Shown here piece by piece: positions 29,262-39,786 of a stretch of DNA of 64,000 bases. The DNA is from an uncultured Spirochaetota bacterium (GTDB lineage Bacteria; Spirochaetota; Spirochaetia; SZUA-6; Fen-1364). A program made the translations under genes and the position numbers. The stretch spans positions 288,001 through 352,000 of the forward strand of contig CAWAHW010000006.1 in the NCBI GenBank assembly GCA_963781885.1, given 5' to 3'. The notes below the pieces were generated by a model. The model was given only the letters and a program-made list of their open reading frames with translations. It did no database searches and was not told the origin of the DNA. Position 1 is the stretch's first letter; the number at the start of each line of letters is the position of its first letter.

Positions 29262-30460
29262 GTGCCGCCCTTCCTGTATTCGACGGGCGATCGGCCGAAG
29301 ACGCGCTTGAAGGCGCGGCTGAAGTAGTGCTGACTCTGGTAGCCGACGGCCTCCGCCACCTCGTAGACCTTCACCGCGGGGTCATTCATGATCTGCATCG
29401 CCTTTGTGATGCGGACGCGCGTGAGGTAGTCCACGAAGGAGAAACCCGTTTCCCGCTTCAGGAGCCTGCTCAGGTAGCCCGGGCTGATCTGCAGGGATGC
29501 GGCAACTTCCTCCAGCGAGAGCGACGGGGTGCGGTAGTGGGCGTCGATGTATTTCTGCGCGAGCAGCACGAGACTCTGGTGCCCGCTGCGTGCCGAGACC
29601 TCGGCGTTCAGCGTCTCGTGCGCTTCCGACACTCCCTGGGGGGTGTCCTCCACGACCGCCTGGGCCACGATCAGCGCCTGGCAGATCGACGGCACGACGC
29701 GCGCGTCGATGCCCGCCGCCGCCTCCGCCCAGGCGGGGTCGCCGCGCGAGCGCGCGAGCACGACGATGTCGTCGTGGTCATCCATGAAGACCCAGCAGGG
29801 GCTGAAATCAGCGAATGATTCCTCCACGACGGAGCGGACCGCGTACAGGGCGAGCCGCCGCTCCCTCTCCCCGGACTGCGCCGACGTCATGCGCTCCACC
29901 ACGTGGATCACGGCCATCGCCAGGCCGCCCGCGGTATCCATGCCGAGGAACTGGTGCTGCTCGGAGACCTCCAGCGGCGACAGGCGCGCGCGCACCCAGT
30001 CGCGGAGGAACTGCTCGCGCAGGAGGGGCATGTTGCGCTCGAGCTGGTCGCGCGCCCAGGACAAGTATTGCTTCTGCCGGCGGGAGGCGGCCAGGGTGTC
30101 GGCGGCCCGGGCAAGCACGCTTGCCAGCACTTCCTGCGGCACCGGCTTCAAGACGTATTCGAAAACCTTGAGCTGCAACGCGCGCCGCGCGTATTCGAAC
30201 TCGTCGTGGCCGGACACGACGATGATGATGCAGTCGCTCTGGACGCCGTTGATCTTCTCGATCAGCTCGAGGCCGTTCAGGAAGGGCATGCGGACATCGA
30301 TCATGAGGATGTCCGGCGTCTCCTTCTGCACGAGGGCGAGCGCCATTTCCCCATCCTCCGCTTCCCCGACGACCTTCATGTCGGGGCGGAGGCGCTCGAT
30401 TGTCGTGCGCAGCCCGCGGCGGATCTTCGGCTCGTCGTCGGCGACCATCACTTTCCACAT
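29258..30460 (-). CDS. YesN-type response regulator (REC + AraC HTH)
   Basis: MWKVMVADDE, DVRMP..NG, GYLSRLLKRETG, VGYQSQHYFSRAFK. Confidence 0.92.
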   Translation of the reverse strand: MWKVMVADDEPKIRRGLRTTIERLRPDMKVVGEAEDGEMALALVQKETPDILMIDVRMPFLNGLELIEKINGVQSDCIIIVVSGHDEFEYARRALQLKVFEYVLKPVPQEVLASVLARAADTLAASRRQKQYLSWARDQLERNMPLLREQFLRDWVRARLSPLEVSEQHQFLGMDTAGGLAMAVIHVVERMTSAQSGERERRLALYAVRSVVEESFADFSPCWVFMDDHDDIVVLARSRGDPAWAEAAAGIDARVVPSICQALIVAQAVVEDTPQGVSEAHETLNAEVSARSGHQSLVLLAQKYIDAHYRTPSLSLEEVAASLQISPGYLSRLLKRETGFSFVDYLTRVRITKAMQIMNDPAVKVYEVAEAVGYQSQHYFSRAFKRVFGRSPVEYRKGGT

Positions 30461-30464
30461 CCGT

Positions 30465-32342
30465 TCACTCCTCGGGCGGCAGGCGGGTATCTGGCGCTCC
30501 CGCAACGGCTTCGGTCGCCGATCCGCCCTCGGGCCCCACGGGGAGCTCCTCCGCTGCCAGGCGGCCCTCCGTGGGAGCCGCCACCCCCTCGTTGAAGACC
30601 AGCGGATGGAGGACCTCCACCGTAGTGCCCTTGCCGGGCGCGCTCTCGAATGTCAGGCCGTAGCGCGTCCCGAATGAAAGCTGGATGCGCTCGTGAACGT
30701 TGTGCACGCCGTAGCCTTCCAGCCCTTCGCCGTGCGGATGGGCGACGGCAAGGAGAGCGCGCACCTCGCGGAGCTTCGCCGGCGCCATGCCCACCCCGTC
30801 GTCGCTCACGCGCAGAACCAGGAGGCCGTCGCGGCTCAGCGCCTCCACGCTGATCGTGCCGTGGCCGCGTCTCTCCTTGATGCCGTGATAGATGGCGTTC
30901 TCCACGAGCGGCTGGAGCGTCAGCTTCAGGACGAGGCAGGGGAGGATACCGTCCTCCGTGCAGAGCGTGAAATCGAATTTGTCCTCGTAGCGCGCCTTCT
31001 GGATGGTGAGGTAGCTGCGCACGTGCTCCATCTCGTCCGTGAGGAGGATCATCTCCTTGCCGCGGGAAAGCCCGATGCGGAAGAGGCTCGTGAGGGCGCC
31101 GACGAGCTTCACGATGTCCTGCGCGCCGCGCTCCTGCGCCATCCACTGGATGGTGTCCAGGGTGTTATAGAGGAAATGCGGCTTGATCTGCTCCTGGAGC
31201 GTCCGCAGCTCCGCCTCCCGCTTGCTCTGCTGCTCGCGATAGACCAGATCGATCAGCTTCTGGACCTCTTCAATCATCGTGTTGAAGCTCTTGCCCAGGT
31301 ACCCGATCTCGTCCTCCTGGCGTCCCTCGAAGCGCACGGCGAGATTGCCCGCCTCCGCTTCCTTCATGAGGGAGCGTAGCTCGATGACCGGCCGCGCGAT
31401 CCCGGCGGTGAAGAAGAGCGCGACGATGAGCGCGACGAGCACGGTGACCCCCGCGATGATCAGGGAATAGTAGCGGATGGTGCTCACCTGGCTCATGAGC
31501 TCGCTGAGGGGGAAGACGCCGACCGTCTTCCACTGCGTGTAGGTGGAGCCCTGCGATACGATCTGGTAGTCGTCGCCCTTGATGCGGCGCACGCTGCTCG
31601 CCCGCGGCGTGTCCAGCCACTCGTCGCGCACGCGGTAGACGATGGGGTTCACCGGCGTGTAGACGATGGCGCCGCCGGGCGCCTCGATGAACAGGAATCC
31701 CCCCACGCCGACGGTCATGTCGTCGAAGATTGCCTCCATGACCTTCAGGCGCAGGTCGATGAGGACGACGCCGCGCACCGTGTGCGAATCCGGCTCCTCC
31801 ACGGCCTTCACGATGGAGACCACGTCGTCGGCGCTGTATTCGTTGCTGCTTTTCAGATTCCGCCCGATGGGCCGGGGCAGGAGCTGCACGGTGCCCGGCT
31901 TGTCCACCGCGATCCTGTACCAGCTCTCGTCGGTGAGCGGGTCCCGCGTCACGGGCTGGATCTCGTTGCTGAGGGGCTGGTTGTCCGCGCTGACGACAAG
32001 GATGCCGGCGATCTCGGGATGCGCGTCGGAGATGGCACGCATGAGCTGCAGCGACGCCTCCCGGGAGCGCGCGGTGAACGGCTGTGCCGTTCCGTGGAAG
32101 GCGAGGAACGCCTGCACGTCGGGGTTCTCCGCGATGATGGAAATCATGCCTTCGGTCTCGCGGACGTAGAACTCGATATTCCGCGTCACCTGGCGGATGA
32201 GCTGCACCGTGTGGCCCTTGGCCTCGTTTTCCAGGGTGCGCGCGGAGATGAAGGGCCCCAGGACCCCCAGGGTGAGGAGCGGAAGCATGATCACCGAAAC
32301 GAAGGAGAAGAGCAGTTTCGACCGAATGCTTCTGAGTCTCAG
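30465..32342 (-). CDS. YesM-type sensor histidine kinase (Cache/HAMP/His_kinase)
   Basis: LQEQIKPHFLYNTL, LQPLVENAIYHG, DDGVG, GYGVHNV; start inferred at a CTG 7 nt after GGAGG. Confidence 0.9.
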   Translation of the reverse strand: MRLRSIRSKLLFSFVSVIMLPLLTLGVLGPFISARTLENEAKGHTVQLIRQVTRNIEFYVRETEGMISIIAENPDVQAFLAFHGTAQPFTARSREASLQLMRAISDAHPEIAGILVVSADNQPLSNEIQPVTRDPLTDESWYRIAVDKPGTVQLLPRPIGRNLKSSNEYSADDVVSIVKAVEEPDSHTVRGVVLIDLRLKVMEAIFDDMTVGVGGFLFIEAPGGAIVYTPVNPIVYRVRDEWLDTPRASSVRRIKGDDYQIVSQGSTYTQWKTVGVFPLSELMSQVSTIRYYSLIIAGVTVLVALIVALFFTAGIARPVIELRSLMKEAEAGNLAVRFEGRQEDEIGYLGKSFNTMIEEVQKLIDLVYREQQSKREAELRTLQEQIKPHFLYNTLDTIQWMAQERGAQDIVKLVGALTSLFRIGLSRGKEMILLTDEMEHVRSYLTIQKARYEDKFDFTLCTEDGILPCLVLKLTLQPLVENAIYHGIKERRGHGTISVEALSRDGLLVLRVSDDGVGMAPAKLREVRALLAVAHPHGEGLEGYGVHNVHERIQLSFGTRYGLTFESAPGKGTTVEVLHPLVFNEGVAAPTEGRLAAEELPVGPEGGSATEAVAGAPDTRLPPEE

Positions 32343-32400
32343 AGACCGGCCTCCAAAGCGACCCCCATCCTACGGTCAGACGTGCCTTTGTGCAAGCGGT

Positions 32401-33276
32401 TTATCGCTCTTGCGGATCGCCCGTGAGCTCGGCGATGAGGAGTGAGTAGGCCGCATTCACGTCTTTGCACAGCTCCAGGCCTCCCGGGTCCACGTCGGGA
32501 TGGTGGCGCATCATGAGCTGCCGGTAGCGGCCGCGGACCTCTTCCGCGGTGAAGAGCCTCCCGCCGATGCCCATGACCCTGCGAGCCCACGCGCGGCGCA
32601 TGGGCTCGCGACCCGCCGCCATGCGGGCCGCTTCCTCGTGCGAGCGATCGTCCGGGTCGAAGTATCCCATCTGGCCCGCGGCGATGCGCAACCTCTCCAC
32701 GAGGCTCACGAGCAGGCCCCACCGGTCGATGATGTGACGGGCGAACATCGTTTCGAGATAGCGCGCTGCCGTGCCCCGCGCGACGGGAGGCATGCCGCGC
32801 AGCACGCGGAAGGATTCCGCGCAGCCATCGATCAGCCCGTCCAGGGCGACGTTGTTTTCCAGGTAGATGTCGATGGCTCCCCGCACCCGCCCGGTATGCC
32901 GTAGCATCGCCTCCAGCTCCTCCACGTTGACCAGGTGGGCGGCGCAGAAGCGCCGGGCATGGAACAGGAGCTCTTCGGCAAGCTCGATGCCCAGCGGGGC
33001 AGGGATGAAAAGACCGGCGCTAATCATCGCCGTCTCCGCGCCGGCCCCGACGAGCTGCTCCAGGACCGTGACGAGGTCACCGACTGTCTCGTCCGTCCAG
33101 CCGTCGATGGCGTCCGCGAAGCCGATCCTGTCCCTCAGCACGGCGATCGCCCGCCAGAACGCCACGGGATCCACCCCGAGCAGGGCCGCCGCATCGTCGG
33201 AGGAGATCTCCCAGCGGCCGTCGTCCTCGGCCAGCCGGCTGAGCGTCTCCAGCAGGGGTGCGAGCTTTTCCATCAT
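32401..33276 (-). CDS. protein with C-terminal DnaJ (J) domain
   Basis: YRQLMMRHHPD....VNAAY..L at the C-terminus. Confidence 0.8.
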   Translation of the reverse strand: MMEKLAPLLETLSRLAEDDGRWEISSDDAAALLGVDPVAFWRAIAVLRDRIGFADAIDGWTDETVGDLVTVLEQLVGAGAETAMISAGLFIPAPLGIELAEELLFHARRFCAAHLVNVEELEAMLRHTGRVRGAIDIYLENNVALDGLIDGCAESFRVLRGMPPVARGTAARYLETMFARHIIDRWGLLVSLVERLRIAAGQMGYFDPDDRSHEEAARMAAGREPMRRAWARRVMGIGGRLFTAEEVRGRYRQLMMRHHPDVDPGGLELCKDVNAAYSLLIAELTGDPQER

Positions 33277-33288
33277 TGCGCCCGTCCG

Positions 33289-35538
33289 TCAGCGTACGGC
33301 TGTCGCGAAAGCCACGGTGCTCACCCAGTCGATGTCGCGGCCGACAAGCTGCGCGCGCAGAAGATTCTGCAAAAGGGGAAGTTCGTCCGGGGAGAACGCC
33401 GAAGCGAGCGCCCTGCCATATGACGAGCCGGGGGAACACCAGGCATCGATCTCACGATTCGTCATGCGCCGCGTGTCGGTGAAGCTCTGCGTCTGCATCG
33501 ACACAGAATTATACCCCGCTTCCGCGAGCGCCGCGGCAAGCTCTTCCGGCCCCCAGGCGACGAGCGGATTCTTTGCGTCGGAATATGCCCTTTCTTCCGT
33601 TTTCGCAAGCTTCTCCACGAGCGCGCCCGGCTCCAGGAGGGATGAAAGACGCTGCGCGAGTCGGGGAACGATCTCCGCGAAGGAAACCATGCCGCCCGGA
33701 GCCGAAAGCGCCGCGAAGAGAGAAGCCGTGACGGCGCGCTCCTGCGCGTTCATGCGCGTGAAGATGTTGCGGCCGACGATCAGCTCGAATCGCATGCCCG
33801 GCTCGATGCCCAGGAGGGAGAGTGCGGCATCGGCGTCCGTCCCGCGCCCCGCGCCCCGCGAGGCATCGCCGGCAAGGGCCGGGAGCGGCCTTTCAAGCCG
33901 GATCATGTGCGGGCGCATCGTCTGCTCCAGCTCAGTCATGCGATGCTCAAGGACCGCGGCCTCCTCCTCCGTGCCGACGATGCCCCATACCCCGCCTTCG
34001 GGGGCCCGGCGGAGGGCCTCCCAAAGAAGGAGCCCCGCGCGGGCATCGACGTCGAGGATGCGTGCGTGGCGCGGCACCGACACGGAAAAGATGCGGTCGC
34101 GTATCTCCCGGAGCATCGCACTGCGGACGGCCGATACGCGTTCCAGCCATCGGGTGCCGCTCGTTTCGGCAGCAGAGAACGTGAGCACCTCGATGCTCGG
34201 CGGCTCCAGCGCCGTGGCGATCTGTATCTCGCGCCTTCGCAGCACCTCGTCGCGGATGGTCGCCTCATAGCCCACGCCTGAAGGGGCGTAAAAAACACGG
34301 CCCTGGAGGCCGGCCGGCAGGTACTGCTGGGCCACCCAGTGGTCGCGGAATGCGTGCGGGTACAGGTAGCCTTCCCCGTGGCCGAAACCTTCCGCATCGC
34401 GGCTTGCATCGCGGAGGTGATTGGGGACCTCTCCGTCGCGCTGTTCCGACTGGAGCAGGGAGAGCGCATCGAAGAAGCCGAGGGTCGAGTTCGATTTCGG
34501 CGCGGTGGCAAGATAGAGGGCGGCATGCGCGAGATGAAATCGACCCTCCGGCAATCCCACCCGGTCGAATGCCGCCGCGGCCGCTTCGACGAAGGGCAGC
34601 GCGTGCGGGTCGGCCATGCCGACGTCCTCACTGGCCAGGATGAGCATCCGGCGGAAGATGAAGTGCGGGTCCTCCCCCGCGAGCACCATGCGCCCCAGCC
34701 AGTAAAAGGCGGCGTCGGGGTCCGAGCCCCGGAGGCTCTTGATGAATGCGCTGATGGTGTCGAAGTGGTAGTCGCCCTCCTTGTCGTAGAGCACGACCTT
34801 GCGCTGGATGCTCTCCTCCGCGATCGCGCGCGTGATGACGATCTGCTCACCGGCCGGGGGAGGGAAGCGCGCGGGGGTGGTTTCCACGGCCAGCTCCAGC
34901 GCGTTCAGCAGGCTGCGCGCATCTCCGTTTGCAATTTTCACCAGGTGATCGAGCGCCTCTTGCTCCAGCCGGACCTCCCAGGCGCCGTATCCGCGCTCCA
35001 CGTCCGTGCAGGCAGCATGTGCCACGGCGCGCAGGTCGTCCTCCGTGAGCGGCTTGAGCTGGAAGATGCGGCTGCGGCTCACCAGAGCCCGATTGACCTC
35101 GAAGTAAGGATTCTCCGTCGTCGCGCCGACCAGGATGACCGTCCCGTTCTCCACCCAGGGCAGGAGCGCGTCCTGCTGCGCCTTGTTCCAACGGTGCACC
35201 TCGTCCACGAAGAGCGTCGTGCGCCGTCCATAGAGGTCGCGGTTGTTCTTTGCCACCTCGATGGATTCCCGCAGCTCCTTCACGCCGGAGAGCACCGCGT
35301 TCATGGTGATGAAATGGCTCTTCGTGGAGTTGGCGATGACCTGCGCGAGCGTTGTCTTTCCCGTGCCCGGCGGACCGTAGAAGATGAGGGAGGAAACCTG
35401 GTCGGCCTGGATGACGCGGCGCAGGAGCCTGCCGGCACCCACGATGTGCTCCTGGCCCATGAACTCGTCCAGGGACCGCGGCCTCATGCGATAGGCAAGC
35501 GGCTCGTGCGGGTCGCGCGCTGATGAGAAGAGATCCAT
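33289..35538 (-). CDS. rarA: replication-associated recombination protein RarA/MgsA fused to a SAM-methyltransferase-like domain
   Basis: PLAYRMRP..LDEF.GQ.H, GPPGTGKTT, VDEVHRWNKAQQDALL, ISAFIKSLRGSDPD; C-terminal RILDVDARAG. Confidence 0.92.
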   Translation of the reverse strand: MDLFSSARDPHEPLAYRMRPRSLDEFMGQEHIVGAGRLLRRVIQADQVSSLIFYGPPGTGKTTLAQVIANSTKSHFITMNAVLSGVKELRESIEVAKNNRDLYGRRTTLFVDEVHRWNKAQQDALLPWVENGTVILVGATTENPYFEVNRALVSRSRIFQLKPLTEDDLRAVAHAACTDVERGYGAWEVRLEQEALDHLVKIANGDARSLLNALELAVETTPARFPPPAGEQIVITRAIAEESIQRKVVLYDKEGDYHFDTISAFIKSLRGSDPDAAFYWLGRMVLAGEDPHFIFRRMLILASEDVGMADPHALPFVEAAAAAFDRVGLPEGRFHLAHAALYLATAPKSNSTLGFFDALSLLQSEQRDGEVPNHLRDASRDAEGFGHGEGYLYPHAFRDHWVAQQYLPAGLQGRVFYAPSGVGYEATIRDEVLRRREIQIATALEPPSIEVLTFSAAETSGTRWLERVSAVRSAMLREIRDRIFSVSVPRHARILDVDARAGLLLWEALRRAPEGGVWGIVGTEEEAAVLEHRMTELEQTMRPHMIRLERPLPALAGDASRGAGRGTDADAALSLLGIEPGMRFELIVGRNIFTRMNAQERAVTASLFAALSAPGGMVSFAEIVPRLAQRLSSLLEPGALVEKLAKTEERAYSDAKNPLVAWGPEELAAALAEAGYNSVSMQTQSFTDTRRMTNREIDAWCSPGSSYGRALASAFSPDELPLLQNLLRAQLVGRDIDWVSTVAFATAVR

Positions 35539-35642
35539 CGCCGGGAGTATAGAAGGAGCCTGCCGCGCGCGCATAGACGGTACGCACGCTACCCGATCTC
35601 CCCGTGCCTCATTATCTTCTTTTCGACGGGGAGGACGAGCGA

Positions 35643-36977
35643 ATGAGCGGGCCCGAGCTTCCATTGAAAGGGAACCTGGAAAGATTCCCCGACCTGCACC
35701 CCCCGTTGGACCGCCGTGCGGCGACAACGGAGGCCAACCGGTGCCTGAACTGCTTCGACGCGCCGTGCACGGACGACTGTCCGACGCACATCGACGTGCC
35801 GGGATTCATCAAGAGGATCGCCACCGGCAATGTGCGCGGCTCCGCGCGCACCATCCTTGACGCGAACGTGCTGGGCATGAGCTGCGCCCGCGCCTGCCCC
35901 GTGGAGGTGCTCTGCGAAGGGGCCTGCGTCATGCACCGCTACAACGAGAAGCCCATCGAGATCGGGCGGCTGCAGCGCTTCTCCATGGAGGAGCTCTACC
36001 GGCGCGCCGACGGGGGGCAGACGATACCGCTCGCGGCGCCCCTTGTCCGCAGGGAGAAGGTTGCGTGCATCGGCGGCGGGCCGGCATCCCTTGCCTGCGC
36101 CGCGGAGCTGCGTCGGCGCGGCATCCCCGTCACGGTTTTCGACAACCGACCGCAGCCGGGGGGTCTTGCCACCTACGGCGTGGCGGAATACAAGCTGCGC
36201 CCCGCGGACAGCCTCAAGGAAGTGGAGCGCATCCGTGGTCTCGGGGTGGAGTTCACGCGGGCAGAGGTCGGCACCGGCACGCCGCTTGCGGATTTGGAGA
36301 AAGAGCATGCCGTTGTCTTCCTCGGCATGGGATTGGGAGCGATGCTTCGCCTGGGCATACCGGGTGAAGACGCGCAGGGAGTGATCGATGCGCTGCATTT
36401 CATCGAGCGCTACAAGACCGATCCTCATTTCCGGGTCGGCAGGCGCGTGGCGGTGATCGGCGGCGGTAATACCGCTATTGATGCCGCCAATGCGGCGCGC
36501 CGCCTGGGCGCGGAAGACGTGCGCATCTTCTACCGGCGCACCGAGGCCGAGATGCCGGCCTTTCCCTTCGAGCTCGCCCATGCAAAGACCGAGGGCGTCA
36601 TCTTCGAATGGCTCGCGCAGCCCGTCGCAATTCTATCGGAGGAAGGCCGCGTGAGCGGCGTGAAGCTCGTGAAGACGAAGCTGCGGGCCGGCTCCGCCGC
36701 CCCCGCGCCGGTGCCCGGATCCGAGTACGTCTTCACCTGCGACATGGTGATCCCCGCGCTGGGCCAGACGCGCCTGGTGGAGGCGCTGGAAAAGACGCGC
36801 GGCGTGCGCGTGGAGAACGGATCGATCCTGATAGACCGCGCCACCGGCATGACGTCGAACCCGAAGTTCTACGCGGGCGGCGACTGCGTGAACGGCGGCC
36901 GCGAGGTTGTGGATGCCGTGGCGGACGGAAAGCGCGCGGCGCTGGCGATCGCCGGTCTCCTAGCGCAGCGGAAATGA
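35643..36977 (+). CDS. preT: dihydropyrimidine dehydrogenase subunit PreT (GltD-like)
   Basis: EANRCL.CFDAPC...CPTHID, CARACP...LCE, GGGPA, GGGNTAID; upstream of preA. Confidence 0.88.
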   Translation: MSGPELPLKGNLERFPDLHPPLDRRAATTEANRCLNCFDAPCTDDCPTHIDVPGFIKRIATGNVRGSARTILDANVLGMSCARACPVEVLCEGACVMHRYNEKPIEIGRLQRFSMEELYRRADGGQTIPLAAPLVRREKVACIGGGPASLACAAELRRRGIPVTVFDNRPQPGGLATYGVAEYKLRPADSLKEVERIRGLGVEFTRAEVGTGTPLADLEKEHAVVFLGMGLGAMLRLGIPGEDAQGVIDALHFIERYKTDPHFRVGRRVAVIGGGNTAIDAANAARRLGAEDVRIFYRRTEAEMPAFPFELAHAKTEGVIFEWLAQPVAILSEEGRVSGVKLVKTKLRAGSAAPAPVPGSEYVFTCDMVIPALGQTRLVEALEKTRGVRVENGSILIDRATGMTSNPKFYAGGDCVNGGREVVDAVADGKRAALAIAGLLAQRK

Positions 36978-36986
36978 GGCACCATC

Positions 36987-38360
36987 ATGGCTGACCTTTC
37001 AACGCGTTTCATGGGCATTCATACCCCGAACCCGTTCTGGCTCGCCTCCGCGCCGCCCACGAACACCGGGGAACAGATCATGCGCGCCTTCGACGCCGGC
37101 TGGGGCGGCGCGGTATGGAAGACGATCGGTGAGGCTGTCGTGAACACGGCGTCGCGCTATTCCTCCGTGGACTGGAACGGCCAGCGCATGATGGGCCTGA
37201 ACAATATCGAGCTGATTTCCGATCGGCCGGTTGAGGACAACCTGCGCGAGATGGCGGAAGTGAAGAAGCGCTACCCCCGGCACACAGTGATCGCCTCCCT
37301 GATGGTGGAGTCGAAGCGCGAGGTCTGGCACGATATCGTGCACCGCGCGGAGGACGCCGGCGCCGACGGCCTGGAGCTGAACTTCGGCTGCCCGCACGGC
37401 ATGAGCGAACGGGGCATGGGCGCCGCCGTGGGCCAGGTGCCCGAGTATTCGTGCATGATCACGGAATGGGCCAAGGAGGCGGCGCGCACGCCGGTCATGG
37501 TGAAGCTCACCCCGAATGTCACGGACATCCGCGCCGTCGCGCGCGCCGCCCGTCGGGGCCACGCCGACGCCCTCTCCGCCATCAATACGATCAACTCCAT
37601 CACCGGTATCGACCTGGACACGCTCACACCGCGCCCCGACGTGGGCGGCTCCTCCGCGCACGGCGGCTACTGCGGCCCCGCGGTGAAGCCAATTGCCCTG
37701 CATCTGGTGCAGCAGATCGCCTCCGACCCCGAGGTGGGGCTCCCCGTCTCCGGCATTGGCGGCATCCAAAGTTGGCGCGACGCGGCGGAGTTCATCCTGC
37801 TGGGCTGCGGCACCGTGCAGGTCTGCACCGCCGTCATGCATTATGGCTACCGGATCGTGGAGGACATGATCGACGGTCTTTCCAACTGGATGGACGACAA
37901 GGGCTACAAAACCCTGGACGATTTCCGCGGCCTGTCGCTGCCGAAGATGACCGAATGGAAGCACCTGGACCTGAACTACAAGATCGTCGCGCGCATCGAC
38001 GCGTCCCTCTGCATCGGCTGCGACCTGTGCTACGTCGCCTGCTGGGACGGCGCCCACCAGTGCATCCACCACGATGGGTCACGGGAGACACCGGCCGCCC
38101 TGCAGGCGAAGAGCCGGCAGCGCATCGCGGTCACCCCGATCGCGAAGCTGGACCTGCTGCCGCGTGACGCCCCCCGCACGCCCGCGTCGCTGCGGGTGCC
38201 GCACGTGGATGAAGAGGAATGCGTCGGCTGCAATCTCTGCTCCCTGGTCTGTCCCGTGGAAAGCTGCATCACGATGGTGCAGGTGGAGACGGGAAAGCCG
38301 CAGGAGAGCTGGGAGCAGAGGACATCGGGCAAGGTCTACACGAAGCCCGGACAGGAGTAG
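36987..38360 (+). CDS. preA: dihydropyrimidine dehydrogenase subunit PreA
   Basis: NPFWLASAPPT, NNIELISDR, ELNFGCPHGM.ERGMG, two 4Fe-4S Cys motifs. Confidence 0.95.
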   Translation: MADLSTRFMGIHTPNPFWLASAPPTNTGEQIMRAFDAGWGGAVWKTIGEAVVNTASRYSSVDWNGQRMMGLNNIELISDRPVEDNLREMAEVKKRYPRHTVIASLMVESKREVWHDIVHRAEDAGADGLELNFGCPHGMSERGMGAAVGQVPEYSCMITEWAKEAARTPVMVKLTPNVTDIRAVARAARRGHADALSAINTINSITGIDLDTLTPRPDVGGSSAHGGYCGPAVKPIALHLVQQIASDPEVGLPVSGIGGIQSWRDAAEFILLGCGTVQVCTAVMHYGYRIVEDMIDGLSNWMDDKGYKTLDDFRGLSLPKMTEWKHLDLNYKIVARIDASLCIGCDLCYVACWDGAHQCIHHDGSRETPAALQAKSRQRIAVTPIAKLDLLPRDAPRTPASLRVPHVDEEECVGCNLCSLVCPVESCITMVQVETGKPQESWEQRTSGKVYTKPGQE

Positions 38361-38363
38361 AGC

Positions 38364-39758
38364 ATGGCAAGTGTCCTGGTACGAAATGGAACCGTGGTCA
38401 CGGCCGCGGAAACGAAACCCGCGGACGTCCTCATCGACGGGGAGCGCATCAAGGAGGTGAGGCCCGGCATCCCCGTGTCTGCCGCGCAGAAGGTGATCGA
38501 CGCGGCGGGAACGTACGTCATCCCCGGCGGCATCGACGCGCATACGCACCTGGACATGCCCTTTGGCGGCACAACGTCGTCGGACGACTTCGAAACCGGC
38601 ACGCGCGCGGCCGCCTTCGGCGGCACCACCACGATCGTGGACTTCGCCATCCAGGCGCGCGGAACGCGGATGCGCGATGCGCTGGACACGTGGTGGAAGA
38701 AGGCGGAGGGTCGCGCGTCGATCGATTATGGCCTGCACATGATCATCACGGACCTGGGAAGCTCGGGTCTGTCCGATATGGACGACATGGTGCGGGAAGG
38801 CGTGGCGAGCTTCAAGCTCTTCATGGCGTACCCCAACTCCCTCATGGTGGACGACACGACGATATTCAAGGCACTCTCCCAGACCGCGAAGAATGGCGCG
38901 TTGGTCTGCATGCACGCGGAGAATGGAAGCGTGATCGACGTGATCGTCGCCCGCGCGTTGGCGGAGGGAAAGACCGCGCCGGTCTACCACGCCCTCACGC
39001 GCCCGCCGCTTGCGGAAGCGGAGGCCGTGCACCGGGCCATCGCCATGGCGGAGATCGCGGGCGTGCCCGTCTACATCGTGCATCTCTCCTCAGAGGACGC
39101 GCTCAACCAGGTGCGGGAAGCGCGTGACCGGGGCGTGCCGGCTTTTGCCGAAACCTGCCCCCAGTATCTCCTGCTCTCCGTTGACGAGCTTTCGCGGCCC
39201 GGCTTTGAAGGCGCCAAGTACGTCTTCACCCCTCCGCTGCGTCCGAAGGAGCACCAACCCAAGCTCTGGGAGGGTCTGCAGAGGGACCACTTGCAGGTTG
39301 TCTCGACCGATCACTGCCCGTTCTGCTTCAAGGATCAGAAAATTCTGGGCAAGGACGACTTCACGAAAATTCCCAATGGCGGGCCGGGCATCGAGAACAG
39401 GCTGCAGCTCATCCACCACCACGGCGTGAACCAGGGCAAGCTTTCCCTGAACCGTTTCGTGGAGCTCACCTCCACGACGCCTGCCCGGATATTCGGCATG
39501 TACCCGAAGAAGGGGGAAATCGCGCCCGGCTCTGATGCCGACATCGTGATCTGGGACCCGAAGGCGGCCTACACGATCAGCGCTTCCACGCATCACATGA
39601 AGGTGGACTACTCGATGTTCGAGGGTTTCAAGGTACAGGGCAATGCGCGCATGGTCCTCTCCCGCGGAGAGGTGATCGTGGACGGGGAGAAGTTCCTGGC
39701 AAAGCCGGGGCGCGGCAGATACCTGAAACGCGCCGCGCGCGGGGGGGCGTGGAAGTAA
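38364..39758 (+). CDS. hydA: dihydropyrimidinase (D-hydantoinase)
   Basis: PGGIDAHTH, GGTTTIVDF, FKLFMAY, HAENG, TDHCPF, IPNG.PGIE. Confidence 0.95.
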   Translation: MASVLVRNGTVVTAAETKPADVLIDGERIKEVRPGIPVSAAQKVIDAAGTYVIPGGIDAHTHLDMPFGGTTSSDDFETGTRAAAFGGTTTIVDFAIQARGTRMRDALDTWWKKAEGRASIDYGLHMIITDLGSSGLSDMDDMVREGVASFKLFMAYPNSLMVDDTTIFKALSQTAKNGALVCMHAENGSVIDVIVARALAEGKTAPVYHALTRPPLAEAEAVHRAIAMAEIAGVPVYIVHLSSEDALNQVREARDRGVPAFAETCPQYLLLSVDELSRPGFEGAKYVFTPPLRPKEHQPKLWEGLQRDHLQVVSTDHCPFCFKDQKILGKDDFTKIPNGGPGIENRLQLIHHHGVNQGKLSLNRFVELTSTTPARIFGMYPKKGEIAPGSDADIVIWDPKAAYTISASTHHMKVDYSMFEGFKVQGNARMVLSRGEVIVDGEKFLAKPGRGRYLKRAARGGAWK

Positions 39759-39786
39759 GGCCCTTCTCTCCGTATACTCACGCATC

